A stretch of DNA of 32,000 nucleotides from Pseudodesulfovibrio mercurii (GTDB taxonomy: Bacteria > Desulfobacterota > Desulfovibrionia > Desulfovibrionales > Desulfovibrionaceae): contig NC_016803.1 of assembly GCF_000189295.2 (NCBI RefSeq), positions 1,740,001 through 1,772,000 of the forward strand. The letters run 5' to 3'. The position numbers and the translations under genes were made by a program. A model generated the notes under the pieces. That model was not told the origin of the DNA. It saw only the letters and a list, made by a program, of their open reading frames with translations, and ran no database searches. Of the stretch, positions 10,151-19,088 are shown piece by piece. Every line of letters begins with the position of its first letter. Within the stretch, counting starts at the first letter, position 1.

Positions 10151-12081
10151 AACGGTACCCCATCGCCTTCAAGCTGACCTTCCTGATCCTGTCCTGCGCC
10201 CTGGTCATCGTGGCCGCCATCGTGGCCTACAACTACGTCTCCTCCAGGGCCATCATCCTGCGTCAGGCCGAGGACAACTCCCGGCTGCTCGTGGCCGGGA
10301 CCGCCGGGCGCATCGACTCGGTCCTGTCCGGGGTGCAGAAGGTGGCCGAAAACGTGGCCTTCTCCCTGGAGGACGCCACCCTGACCAAACAGGAGATCCT
10401 CGACCTCAACCGGCGGGTCCTGGCCAACAACCCCGAGATCTACGGCATGGCCATCGCCTTCGAGCCGTACTTCCTGCAACACGACAAGCTCTACTTCGCG
10501 CCCTACCACTACCGCTCGGGCGGACGCATCGGCTTCACCATGCTCGGCGACGCCAAGTACCGCTATTTCTACATGGACTGGTACCAGATTCCCAAGGAAC
10601 TGGGCCGCAGCGCCTGGACCGAGCCGTACTTCGACGAGGGGGGCGGCGGCGTGCCCATGGCCACCTACTCCGTGCCCTTCTACCGCACCGTGGACGGCAG
10701 GGCCGTGTTCGCGGGCGTGGTCACGGCGGACATCTCCCTGAGCTGGCTGCAACAGCTGGTCGGCTCCGTGCGCCTGTACGACTCGGGCTACGCCTTCCTC
10801 CTGTCCCGGCACGGCACCTTCATCACCCACCCGGACAAGGCCCTGGTCATGAACCAGACCATCTTCTCCCTGGCCGAGGAGCGCGGCTCGAACGAGCTGC
10901 GCGAGCTGGGCCAGCGCATGCTCTCGGGCGAGGCCGCCTTCACCCCGGTGGGCACGCTCCTCGCGCCCACGGAGAGCTACATGTTCAACGACCGGCTCAA
11001 GTATGCCGGCTGGTCGCTGGGCGTGGTCTTCCCCCGCGACGAGATGCTGGCCGACGTCTTCCGCCTGTCCCGGTCCATGGTCGTCATCGGCGCGGTGGGC
11101 TTCGTGCTCCTGGTCCTGGTCACCGTGGGCATCGCCCGTCGCATCACCCACCCCCTGCGCGAGCTGTCGGCGTCCGCCCGGGAGATCGCCTCGGGCAACC
11201 TGGACCTCATGCTCCCGGACAAGCGGGCCAACGACGAGGTCGGCGACCTGGCCGATTCCTTCAAGTACATGAAGACCTCCCTCAAGGAGTTCATCCACGA
11301 TCTGACCGCCACCACGGCGGCCAAGGAGCGCATCGAGTCCGAACTGCGCATCGCCCGCGAGATCCAGATGGGCATCCTGCCAAAGCTCTTTCCGGCCTTC
11401 CCGGACCGCCGCGAATTCGAGGTCTTCGCCTCCATCGAGCCCGCCAAGGAGGTGGGGGGCGACCTGTACGATTTCTTCTTCGTGGACGAGACCCACTTCT
11501 GCTTCCTGGTGGGCGACGTGTCCGGCAAGGGCGTGCCCGCCGCCTTCTTCATGGCCGTGACCAAGACCCTGCTCAAGGTCGTGTCCGAACGCGGCCTGGA
11601 CCCCGGCGAGATTCTGACCAGGGTCAACGCCGACCTGTCCTCGGAAAACGAATCGTGCATGTTCGTGACCCTGTTCCTGGCCATCCTGGACATCGAGACC
11701 GGCGAGACCCGCTACGCCAACGCGGGGCACAACCCGCCCATCTTCCTGCCCTGCGGCGGCGAGCCCGAACTCGTCCCGCCCCTGGGCGAGCCCGTGGCGG
11801 GCATCATGGAGGGCATGCGCTACTCCACCAGGACCATGACCTTCAAGCCGGGCGACCTGCTGTTCGTCTACACCGACGGCGTGACCGAGGCCATGAACCC
11901 GGACAGCGAGCTGTTCGGCGAAGAGCGCCTGACCCGCCTGCTGGCCGGGGAGAGCGAGCCCTTCGCCCCCAAGCTGGTCAAGGACGTGGGCGCGGCCATC
12001 CACGACTTCGCGCGCGGCGCGGAACAGTCCGACGACATCACCATGCTGGCCATGCAGTTCATGGGCAAGTGCACGCCGTGA
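10147..12081 (+). CDS. Membrane sensor (Cache-like periplasmic domain)-HAMP-PP2C/SpoIIE serine phosphatase
   Basis: GTG 10147 overlaps the upstream TGA (GTGA), with a GGGGGAGG RBS. Two TM segments and a HAMP domain. GGDLYDFFFVDE, LVGDVSGKGVPAAFFMA, YTDGVTEA and SDDITMLAMQF are SpoIIE/RsbU-type motifs. Confidence 0.9.
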   Translation: MKRYPIAFKLTFLILSCALVIVAAIVAYNYVSSRAIILRQAEDNSRLLVAGTAGRIDSVLSGVQKVAENVAFSLEDATLTKQEILDLNRRVLANNPEIYGMAIAFEPYFLQHDKLYFAPYHYRSGGRIGFTMLGDAKYRYFYMDWYQIPKELGRSAWTEPYFDEGGGGVPMATYSVPFYRTVDGRAVFAGVVTADISLSWLQQLVGSVRLYDSGYAFLLSRHGTFITHPDKALVMNQTIFSLAEERGSNELRELGQRMLSGEAAFTPVGTLLAPTESYMFNDRLKYAGWSLGVVFPRDEMLADVFRLSRSMVVIGAVGFVLLVLVTVGIARRITHPLRELSASAREIASGNLDLMLPDKRANDEVGDLADSFKYMKTSLKEFIHDLTATTAAKERIESELRIAREIQMGILPKLFPAFPDRREFEVFASIEPAKEVGGDLYDFFFVDETHFCFLVGDVSGKGVPAAFFMAVTKTLLKVVSERGLDPGEILTRVNADLSSENESCMFVTLFLAILDIETGETRYANAGHNPPIFLPCGGEPELVPPLGEPVAGIMEGMRYSTRTMTFKPGDLLFVYTDGVTEAMNPDSELFGEERLTRLLAGESEPFAPKLVKDVGAAIHDFARGAEQSDDITMLAMQFMGKCTP

Positions 12082-12215
12082 CCACCCACAGGGGATAAAA
12101 CCCGCCGTGCCGTGGTGAATTAGGCCAACAACTCGAAAAATCACCCCTTTCCGCCCCACAAACCGGCTTCAAGCCTGCGTTGCGGTCGTTTTTTCCCCCA
12201 CTTTTCCAAATTTCG

Positions 12216-12245
12216 TTGACGAAAAAGGAAAAAACGGGCTAACTT
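12216..12245 (+). promoter_or_regulatory. Candidate sigma70-type promoter for CII-like copy 2 (TTGACG-N18-TAACTT)
   Basis: Hexamers at 12216-12221 and 12240-12245, about 40 nt upstream of ATG 12286. I saw no sigma54 element here. Confidence 0.3.
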
Positions 12246-12285
12246 CTCGTACTAGGCAGAATATCCAACATGTGGGGGGCCAACC

Positions 12286-12594
12286 ATGTTCGAAAAAAAT
12301 CTGACCAAGAAAATGCAGGACATCGTTCTGGAAGGACGCATCTCGGCCAAGGAGGTGTCCCGAGTGATCAAGAAGCCGTATTCCACGCTGCTCCGGGAGC
12401 TGAACCCGTTCGACGCCCACGCCAAACTCGGGGCCGAGACCATGTTCGACATCCTCAAGGCGACGCACAACATCTCGATCCTCGAATTCATGGCCAGGGA
12501 GCTGGGCTACACCCTCAGGCCGCTCGACGCCATCCGGCCCGCCGGACAGGGCGCCAGGCACCGCCGCGTCCGCGAACAGGAAACGACCATGTGA
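12286..12594 (+). CDS. Small HTH protein, phage 186 CII-like regulator, copy 2 (longer basic C-terminal tail)
   Basis: 102 aa, GGGGGG RBS. By hand alignment 47 of the first 82 residues are identical to the 5060-5308 product, including KPYSTL-RE-NPFDA-AKLGAET. Confidence 0.75.
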   Translation: MFEKNLTKKMQDIVLEGRISAKEVSRVIKKPYSTLLRELNPFDAHAKLGAETMFDILKATHNISILEFMARELGYTLRPLDAIRPAGQGARHRRVREQETTM

Positions 12595-12688
12595 CCGGCC
12601 GCATCCCGCAGGCCGACACACTGCCCGGGACGTGCGCGTCATGCCCGGGCAGTGGTGCGTGCGGAACCTGCCCGGCGCCCCTTTCATT

Positions 12689-12717
12689 TTGACTTTGCCC
12701 AATGATTGGTTTCTACT
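12689..12717 (+). promoter_or_regulatory. Candidate sigma70-type promoter for the aldolase gene (TTGACT-N17-TCTACT)
   Basis: Hexamers at 12689-12694 and 12712-12717, about 35 nt upstream of ATG 12753. Pattern only. Confidence 0.3.
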
Positions 12718-12752
12718 GTCCAAAGCAATCCAACGCTCCAAGGAGGAAGGGC

Positions 12753-14018
12753 ATGTCCCAAGATACATTCAAAAAAGCACTCGCCGTCGGCCGTCCGCCG
12801 AACGTCGTCAGAAATTTCCCCAACTCGCAGGCGCTCATCGTCAGCGGCAAGGTCATCGACCGCGCCATGCTGGCCAAGGGCCAGTGCATGACCATCGCGG
12901 CCAACGGCCGGAACATCTTCGTCATCGAAGGCGCGCTCATGGCCGCCCAGAAGGCCAACGCCGCCATCATCATCGAGATCGCCCGCTCCGAGTCCACCTA
13001 CTGCCCGACCACCCTGTGGAACGTGGCCCGGCGCGTGGACTACCTGTGCAACAAGCTCGGCATCACCGTGCCCGTGGCCGTGCACGCCGATCACTACTTC
13101 ATGAAGAAGTGGGACGACGTGGCCGAGGCCAAGGCCGAAATCCCGTCCGTGTTCGACTCCGGCGTGACCTCCATCGCCATCGACGCCTCGCACATGACCG
13201 ACGACCTCAACCTGCTCGGCAACCTGGCCGTGTCCCCGACCATCCCGTCCTGGGCGGGCTACGAGACCGAGATCGGCGAGATCAAGGGCGAGTTCGGCCT
13301 GTCCAGCCCGGTGGAGGCCAAGTACCTCATCCAGGGCCTCAACGCCCACGGCCTGTGCCCGGACTGGATCGCCCTGAACAACGGCACCACCCACGGCATC
13401 GAGGCCTCGGGCGAAGGCATCCAGGTGGACCTGACCGCCGAAATCCACAAGGCCCTCAAGCCCTACGGCACCTCCGGCGCCCAGCATGGCACCTCGGGCA
13501 ACGACTCCGCCCGCCTGCGCGAAATCGCCGCCAGGACCGCCACCACCAAGGCCAACGTGGCCACCGCCCTGCAGATGATCTCCTGGGGCGTCAAGGTCAA
13601 CGACTTCGGCAACGCCATCATGGACGGCGACAAGTTCGCCAAGGTCCCGGGCCAGGGCGTGGAAGACGCCCTCTGGGACGAGATGGTCGCCTACGCCGAC
13701 GCCAACAACATCAAGGGCGGCAACTACAAGAAACTCAACCTCGTCTTCGAACGCCGCTGGCTCGGACAGAGCGAAACCGTGCGCAACCGCATGGCCGGAG
13801 CCGTCGAAGACTTCGTCTACGACCTGCTGGTCAACGTGTTCAACGCCAAGGACACCGCGCCCCTGGCCTGCGACCTGATCCTCAAGGCGGGCTCCTACGA
13901 CCTCGGCCCCAAGGCCGAACAGTTCGAGGACCCGGCCGAATGGACCGAGGAAAAGATCAAGGCCAAGGCCGCCGCCATGGACACCGACAAGGGCCCCCAG
14001 GGCCACTTCGACGACTAA
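12753..14018 (+). CDS. fba: Class II (metal-dependent) fructose-bisphosphate aldolase family protein
   Basis: Start MSQDTFKK (ATG 12753, AAGGAGGAAGG RBS). VAVHADHY, NNGTTHG and AQHGTSG correspond to the class II aldolase metal and phosphate motifs. 421 aa. Confidence 0.8.
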   Translation: MSQDTFKKALAVGRPPNVVRNFPNSQALIVSGKVIDRAMLAKGQCMTIAANGRNIFVIEGALMAAQKANAAIIIEIARSESTYCPTTLWNVARRVDYLCNKLGITVPVAVHADHYFMKKWDDVAEAKAEIPSVFDSGVTSIAIDASHMTDDLNLLGNLAVSPTIPSWAGYETEIGEIKGEFGLSSPVEAKYLIQGLNAHGLCPDWIALNNGTTHGIEASGEGIQVDLTAEIHKALKPYGTSGAQHGTSGNDSARLREIAARTATTKANVATALQMISWGVKVNDFGNAIMDGDKFAKVPGQGVEDALWDEMVAYADANNIKGGNYKKLNLVFERRWLGQSETVRNRMAGAVEDFVYDLLVNVFNAKDTAPLACDLILKAGSYDLGPKAEQFEDPAEWTEEKIKAKAAAMDTDKGPQGHFDD

Positions 14019-14042
14019 CCGCCGTCCGCGTGACAAACAAAT

Positions 14043-14076
14043 AAAATCCCGCCCGTACACCCGGGCGGGATTTTTT
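14043..14076. terminator. Rho-independent terminator after fba (AAAATCCCGCCCG...CGGGCGGGATTTTTT)
   Basis: 9-bp GC stem TCCCGCCCG/CGGGCGGGA, T6 tail at 14071-14076, and an A-run on the 5' side. Confidence 0.7.
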
Positions 14077-14080
14077 GTTG

Positions 14081-14180
14081 CCTCCGGCGGCCGGGGGAAG
14101 GGGAGGAAAAACCCTTTGAAAAGGGTTCTTTCCTCCCCTTCCCCGGACCCCCATCCCCTTCTTTTCCTAAACTTTTTATC
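14081..14180 (+). repeat. REP-like palindromic intergenic repeat, copy A
   Basis: Starts CCTCCGGCGG. Long imperfect hairpin CCGGGGGAAGGGGAGGAAAAACCCTTT-GAA-AAGGGTTCTTTCCTCCCCTTCCCCGG at 14091-14146. Tail ...CCTAAACTTTTT. Shares its start, the AACCCTTTGAAA-GGGT core and the ACTTTT tail with copy B. Confidence 0.6.
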
Positions 14181-14266
14181 GCAGCTTCGCGGATGGTGCG
14201 GGATCGGGAGATGTCCTTTCCTATCGGGAGTTCGGGGACGCGGCTCCCGCCCCTTCTCCCCGCGAC

Positions 14267-15364
14267 CTAGACGTTGAACAGGAAGTGGACCACGTCGCCG
14301 TCCTTCATGACGTACTCCTTGCCTTCCACGCGGAGCACGCCTTCGCCGCGGCATTTGGCCTCGGAGCCGTGCTTGACGAAGTTGTCGTAGGCGATGACCT
14401 CGGCCCGGATGAAGCCGCGCTCGAAGTCCGTGTGGATGACGCCCGCCGCGCGCGGGGCCTTGTCGCCGTCGTGGATGGTCCAGGCGCGGACCTCCTTTTC
14501 CCCGGCGGTGAAATAGCTGATCAGCCCGAGGGTGTGGAACCCGGTGCGGATGATCTGGTCCAGGCCGGACTCGGTGATGCCGTAGGACTCCAGGAACTCC
14601 CGGTAGTCCTCGTCCTCGAGCCCCACCAGTTCCTCTTCCATGCGCGCGGATATCCTGACGAACTCCGCGCCGCGCTTCTCGGCCAGGCCGCGCACGGCCC
14701 GGATGTAGTCGTTGTCCTCGGTCAGCCCGTCCTCGTCCACGTTGGCGCAGTAGATGACGTTCTTGGCCGTGATCAGGCGCAGTTCATTGAGCAGGTCGGG
14801 CAGCGCCTTGGAATCGCTTTGGAAGGTGGCCGCCGGATGGGCCTGGTCCAGATGGGCCATGAGCTGCTTGGCCACCTCGATCTTCGGGGCCAGCCCCTTG
14901 TCGCCCTTGAGCATCTTCTCCATGCGCTCGATGCGGTTCTCCAGCACCTGCACGTCCGCCAGGATCAGCTCGGTCTCGATCACTTCGATGTCCCGCAACG
15001 GGTCCACGGAATTGGCCACGTGGATCACGTCGTCATCGTCGAAACAACGGACCACGTGCAGAATGGCCTGGGTCTCGCGGATGTTGGCCAGAAACTTGTT
15101 GCCCAGCCCCTCGCCCTTGCTCGCCCCGGCCACCAGCCCGGCGATGTCCACAAAATCCACGGTGGAATTGACCACCCGCTGCGGATTGACCAGACCGGCC
15201 AGCACGTCCAGCCGGATGTCCGGCACCGGCACCACCGCCTTGTTCGGCTCGATGGTGCAAAACGCATAGTTCGCGCTCTCCGCGTTCTGGGCCTTGGTCA
15301 ACGCATTGAACAACGTGGACTTGCCCACGTTGGGCAGACCGACAATTCCTATACTCAGCGACAT
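14267..15364 (-). CDS. ychF: Ribosome-binding / redox-regulated ATPase YchF
   Basis: Start MSLSIGIVGLPNVGKSTLFNALT (ATG at 15364, GGGGAG RBS). 365 aa, ending in the TGS-like C-terminus ...VMKDGDVVHFLFNV. The track start at 15625 runs through the repeat. Confidence 0.95.
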   Translation of the reverse strand: MSLSIGIVGLPNVGKSTLFNALTKAQNAESANYAFCTIEPNKAVVPVPDIRLDVLAGLVNPQRVVNSTVDFVDIAGLVAGASKGEGLGNKFLANIRETQAILHVVRCFDDDDVIHVANSVDPLRDIEVIETELILADVQVLENRIERMEKMLKGDKGLAPKIEVAKQLMAHLDQAHPAATFQSDSKALPDLLNELRLITAKNVIYCANVDEDGLTEDNDYIRAVRGLAEKRGAEFVRISARMEEELVGLEDEDYREFLESYGITESGLDQIIRTGFHTLGLISYFTAGEKEVRAWTIHDGDKAPRAAGVIHTDFERGFIRAEVIAYDNFVKHGSEAKCRGEGVLRVEGKEYVMKDGDVVHFLFNV

Positions 15365-15475
15365 GAAAACTCCCCGAAAAAAAAAGATTGCCGGAACGAC
15401 TCCTCCCGGCGCGGACCTCTCCTTACCCGTCTTCACGCCCTGAGGCAAGGCCGGGGAATGGCAGACCTCCGGCGG

Positions 15476-15560
15476 TTCCTTCGGGGGGACCTGGGCGCTG
15501 CCCTGGACCCGCCGGAGAACCCTTTGAAACGGGTCCTCCGGACTCTCCCAGACTTTTCGG
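15476..15560 (+). repeat. REP-like palindromic intergenic repeat, copy B
   Basis: Starts CCTCCGGCGG. Hairpin CCGGAGAACCC-TTTGAAA-CGGGTCCTCCGG. Tail CAGACTTTTCGG. Same orientation as copy A on the other side of ychF. Confidence 0.55.
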
Positions 15561-15662
15561 GTACCTTCCGGAGACGTGCGGACGCGCGATGACGGCGGGT
15601 TGAACGGAGAGGGAAGGAGGCGCAATCCTCAACACGCGGGGAGTACGGACCGGTATGCGCGT

Positions 15663-16394
15663 TTATAGAAACGCGTGGGCCAGACAGACCAGGGCGGCGG
15701 CGACGATAATGAGTTGGAGAATCCTTCGGAACGCATTGACATTGATCCTTTTCACGAGGGGAAAGGCGCACAGCGAGCCCAGCATGGTGGGAGGAAAGCC
15801 GTAGAGGGCATAGTGAAGAATATCCGGCGTATAATAGCCGGAATACGCCTGCAGGCCGCAGGTTATGGCCCCGCGCACGATGAAGAAGACGCCCAATGTG
15901 CCCAGGAACTCGCGCGGCTCCCATCCGGCATACAGCCCGTAGGCGCCGACAGGTGGACCATCGAAGGAAATGGACGTCCCCAGCAACCCGGACAGGAATC
16001 CCGCCGCACCACCGGCCTTCCAGGAATCCCCGCCAACCCGGCGCACGTGGAAGAAGTGCTGCCAGCACACGAAAAACACCAACAATATGCCAACGGACGC
16101 CTGCAAGATGTTTCCGGGAAGCAGCAACAAAACGAACAGCCCCGCCACGGACCCTGGCACGGCTCCCGCGAGCATGGGCAACAGGGCCGATACGCGGCAA
16201 AAACGAAAATGCATGAGCATGATCGAGCCGTCCATGGCCATGTTGAGGATGCAGCTGAGCACGATGACGTCCTGAATGGGAAGGAAAAGCGCGGCGATGG
16301 GCACGGCGAACATGGCGCCGCCGATACCGCTCGCGCCCGAGATGAACCCGCCCGCGAACCACGCGCTCATAACCACGATGACATTAGTATCCAT
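15663..16394 (-). CDS. TauE/SafE (DUF81) family anion/sulfite-exporter-like membrane protein
   Basis: Start MDTNVIVVMSAWFAGGFISGASGIGGAMFAVP (ATG at 16394). Polytopic, with repeated G-rich TM motifs (GFLSGLLGTS) typical of the family. Confidence 0.8.
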   Translation of the reverse strand: MDTNVIVVMSAWFAGGFISGASGIGGAMFAVPIAALFLPIQDVIVLSCILNMAMDGSIMLMHFRFCRVSALLPMLAGAVPGSVAGLFVLLLLPGNILQASVGILLVFFVCWQHFFHVRRVGGDSWKAGGAAGFLSGLLGTSISFDGPPVGAYGLYAGWEPREFLGTLGVFFIVRGAITCGLQAYSGYYTPDILHYALYGFPPTMLGSLCAFPLVKRINVNAFRRILQLIIVAAALVCLAHAFL

Positions 16395-16541
16395 GCACTT
16401 TCTCTCTCGTCTCTGCATCCGACCGGGAAATGCGCTCCTCTCCCGAGTCGGCGACAATTTCGGATGTCCCCCGAAGACGAAACCGCCTCCGGCCGGACAA
16501 CGCCTGCGGCGCGGTTGTGAACCGGATCCGTCCGGGTGCGA

Positions 16542-17111
16542 TCAGCCGCGAGCCCCGGCGTTTCCAGCTTCCCGGATGGCGGCCTCGCGTTGCGCCAGGG
16601 AGCCGAAGTCGAGTTTGCGCATCAGCAGCTCATAGCGCTCCATGGCAAGATTCCGATCTTCGCGCCGTGCGGCCGCAACACAGTCCGCATAGGCGGCGAT
16701 GGTGGCCGAGGAATAGGTTTGCAGTTCCGCAAACAGATAACGGCGAAAGGCGTCGCCGCCATCCGGCGCTACGACGTGGGGGAAGTCGGAGGCCACGGCG
16801 TCGCGCCAAGCGCTCTCCGTGCGCGCGATGTCGGAAATGCGGGGATCGGGGTTGAAGGGCGTGATCTGGCCCTCCATCACCGCGTATTTCTCGGTCATGA
16901 AATTTCGGCCCTCCGCTTCGCCGCGCCGCAGGTCCTGCGCATAGCTCTCCACAAAGGCGTCGGAAAGCACGGCGTGGGTGATCTCGCGCATGAGCCGGAA
17001 AGCCTCCGGCCTCTCCTGGCAGTCGGCGCGGCCGCCTCGATTGTGAACCCTCTGGAACATACCCAGTTCCCACTCGACCACTTCCGCCAATAGATCCATG
17101 CGTGTCACCAT
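16542..17111 (-). CDS. Conserved hypothetical protein (possibly DUF4125-like; family assignment from memory)
   Basis: 189 aa, ATG at 17111 with an AAGGAG RBS 6 nt upstream. Soluble, helical-looking, no recognisable catalytic motif. Confidence 0.65.
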   Translation of the reverse strand: MVTRMDLLAEVVEWELGMFQRVHNRGGRADCQERPEAFRLMREITHAVLSDAFVESYAQDLRRGEAEGRNFMTEKYAVMEGQITPFNPDPRISDIARTESAWRDAVASDFPHVVAPDGGDAFRRYLFAELQTYSSATIAAYADCVAAARREDRNLAMERYELLMRKLDFGSLAQREAAIREAGNAGARG

Positions 17112-17277
17112 GCCCGGCTCCTTCTTGTTGCTCCAATGAGTGCAGCCGGGTATGCAAGGCCGGGGCCGATATCGTGCGATTCATCAAAAAATCATTTATT
17201 TAAGTCAATTACATCAACGTGGAGACGAAAGTGCAAGACGGTTCCATGCGCAGCCATCAAGAAAAATTTGCATTCGG

Positions 17278-17310
17278 GAAAAAATCTATCCGAAAAGAAG
17301 ATTTTTTTTC
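17278..17310. promoter_or_regulatory. Candidate UAS for the locus sigma54 activator (AAAAAATCT-N11-AGATTTTTT)
   Basis: Inverted repeat centred about 95 bp upstream of the 17387 sigma54 promoter. The core AATCT-ATCCG-AAAAGAAGATT resembles AATCT-TTTCT-AAAAGAAAGATT at 21572-21593. Confidence 0.4.
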
Positions 17311-17386
17311 TTTTGGAGGATGATTACTAAGACAATTTTCTATTATTATCTCTATATATCGATAGGTTATGCTCGTGTTTGTTCTC

Positions 17387-17402
17387 TGGCACATGCGTTG
17401 CA
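17387..17402 (+). promoter_or_regulatory. Sigma54 promoter TGGCACATGCGTTGCA
   Basis: TGGCAC-N5-TTGCA with canonical GG/GC spacing, preceded by a very AT-rich tract (17320-17370). About 125 nt upstream of the permease ATG. Confidence 0.75.
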
Positions 17403-17528
17403 AATTTCAGCGCAGTCGTGACGTCCACGCCCGACTCCCGCAATCGCCCGGCCTTTCCGGACGCGGGAGTGCGGAAAAGGACTTGTGGGGAACACACCAT
17501 TTACCTAATCGAGGAGGTTAGGAGAGCT

Positions 17529-19025
17529 ATGTCCACGGAAACCCAGTTAGCAAGAACGCTTACTCCAATTCAGGTCTGCGCACTCGCGCTCGGCTCCATC
17601 GTCGGGTGGGGCTGTTTCGTACTCCCAGGCGACGTTTTCCTGCCCAACGCCGGCCCCATGGGCACTCTGATCGGTTTTGCGGTCGGCGCATTTCTGATTA
17701 GCTTTGTGGCCATCGCCTACAGCTACATGATCAAATACGCGCCGGTGGCGGGCGGCGAGTTCGCCTGGGCCTACATCGGGTTCGGCCCCACCGCCTCGTT
17801 CATCTGCGGCTGGGCGCTCATCATCGGGTACATCGCCATCATCGCCATCAACATTTCGGCCCTGTCCCTGATCTGCCGGTTCCTGATGCCGGGCTTCCTC
17901 GAGTTCGGCAGCCTCTACACCCTGGCGGGCTGGAAGGTCTACACCGGCGAGGTCCTCGTCATGAGCATCGCCGTCATCGCCTTCGGGGTCATGAATTATC
18001 GCGGCGTCAGCGCCGCCGGCAAGCTGCAGGTGGTCCTGGCCTTCATGCTCACCTTCGGCATCCTCTCGCTGTTCTTCGGCGTCAACGCGCTGGAGACCGC
18101 CCACGTCTCGAACCTGACCCCGCTTTTTGCCGAGGGCAAGTCCCCGTTCACCTGCGTCCTCATCGTCTTCGCCATCTCTCCCTTCCTTTTCGTCGGATTC
18201 GACACCGTGCCCCAGACGGCCGAGGAATTCGCCTTCAATCCCTCGAAGTCGCGCAACATCATGCTCATCGCCATCCTCGTGGGCATGGTCCTGTATAGCC
18301 TGGTGACGCTGTCCGTCGGCCTCGCCATTCCCTATCCCGACATGATCAAGCAGATGGCGGCCGAGAAGATGGCCGGCGGCACGGCCTGGGCCACCGCCGC
18401 GGCGGCCAACATGGCCTTCGGCAAGCTCGGCTCCGCCATTCTCGCCTGCGCCGTGCTGGGCGCGGTCTGCACCGGCATCAACGGCTTCTACGTCGCCTCC
18501 ACCCGCCTGCTGCTCGCCATGGCGCGCAGCAAGATTCTGCCCTCCTGGTTCGGCGACATCCACCCGAAGTTCCACACCCCGTACAAGGCCATCATATTCA
18601 CGATCATCATCGTGCTCCTGACCCCGTACGCCGGTCGCTCCGCCGTCGGCTGGACCGTGGACATGAGCGCCGTGGGCACGGCCGTGGGCTACCTGTTCAC
18701 CTGCCTGGCCGCCTACCGCATGCTGTGGCATGTCAACGAGGCGGGCGCCAGACTGAAGCGATTCTACTGCACGGTTGGCGCACTGACCTCCATCCTGTGC
18801 CTGCTCCTGCTCTGCATCCCGGGTTCGCCCGCAGCCATCGCCGAAGCGCCGGCGTGGTGCCTGGTCGTCTGGGTCGCGATGGGCATCAGCTTCTACTTCT
18901 CCAGCCGCAAGGTCTGGTCGCAAATGCCCGAGCCGGAACTTCGGCGGGATATCCTCGGAACGGAAGATATCAAGGTGTTCTTCAAGGGGGCCAAAAACCC
19001 CGAGATCGCCGTCCCCGCCGACTAG
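17529..19025 (+). CDS. APC-superfamily amino acid/polyamine-type permease
   Basis: Start MSTETQLARTLTPIQVCALALGSIVGWGCFVLPG (ATG 17529, GAGGAGG/TAGGAGAG upstream). 498 aa, about 12 TM segments. The track start at 17379 would include the promoter. Confidence 0.88.
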   Translation: MSTETQLARTLTPIQVCALALGSIVGWGCFVLPGDVFLPNAGPMGTLIGFAVGAFLISFVAIAYSYMIKYAPVAGGEFAWAYIGFGPTASFICGWALIIGYIAIIAINISALSLICRFLMPGFLEFGSLYTLAGWKVYTGEVLVMSIAVIAFGVMNYRGVSAAGKLQVVLAFMLTFGILSLFFGVNALETAHVSNLTPLFAEGKSPFTCVLIVFAISPFLFVGFDTVPQTAEEFAFNPSKSRNIMLIAILVGMVLYSLVTLSVGLAIPYPDMIKQMAAEKMAGGTAWATAAAANMAFGKLGSAILACAVLGAVCTGINGFYVASTRLLLAMARSKILPSWFGDIHPKFHTPYKAIIFTIIIVLLTPYAGRSAVGWTVDMSAVGTAVGYLFTCLAAYRMLWHVNEAGARLKRFYCTVGALTSILCLLLLCIPGSPAAIAEAPAWCLVVWVAMGISFYFSSRKVWSQMPEPELRRDILGTEDIKVFFKGAKNPEIAVPAD

Positions 19026-19088
19026 CCCCTATCGGCCATCCCCCCCGCCCCACCCGGCGGGGGGGCCAGGCCGATTGCCGGAACACTC

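Noticed and set aside
10129-12159. 676-aa minus-strand ORF opposite the HAMP-PP2C gene
   Set aside because: Shadow ORF for the same reasons. The plus frame has TM segments, a HAMP domain and SpoIIE motifs, and is translationally coupled to the upstream gene.
12621-12652. 9-bp GC hairpin (CTGCCCGGG...CCCGGGCAG) after CII-like copy 2, considered as a terminator
   Set aside because: No U-tract follows it (TGGTGCGTGCGG) and the loop is 14 nt. At most it is a weak structure, so it is not called as a terminator.
12684-14354. 556-aa minus-strand ORF, and 470-aa plus-strand ORF 12632-14044, overlapping the aldolase gene
   Set aside because: Both are alternate-frame or antisense artefacts (R/G/P-rich). 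The minus ORF also reads through the terminator and the REP-like repeat. Frame 12753-14018 has the class II aldolase motifs and a strong RBS.
15655-15676. Palindrome CGCGTTT-ATAG-AAACGCG at the TauE stop codon, considered as a terminator
   Set aside because: It overlaps the last codons and stop of the gene, and no U-tract follows on the minus strand. It is probably coincidental or a minor structure.
17379-17528. Upstream extension of the permease ORF to 17379
   Set aside because: It would place the sigma54 promoter and leader hairpin inside the coding sequence. ATG 17529 has a Shine-Dalgarno sequence and begins just before the first TM segment.
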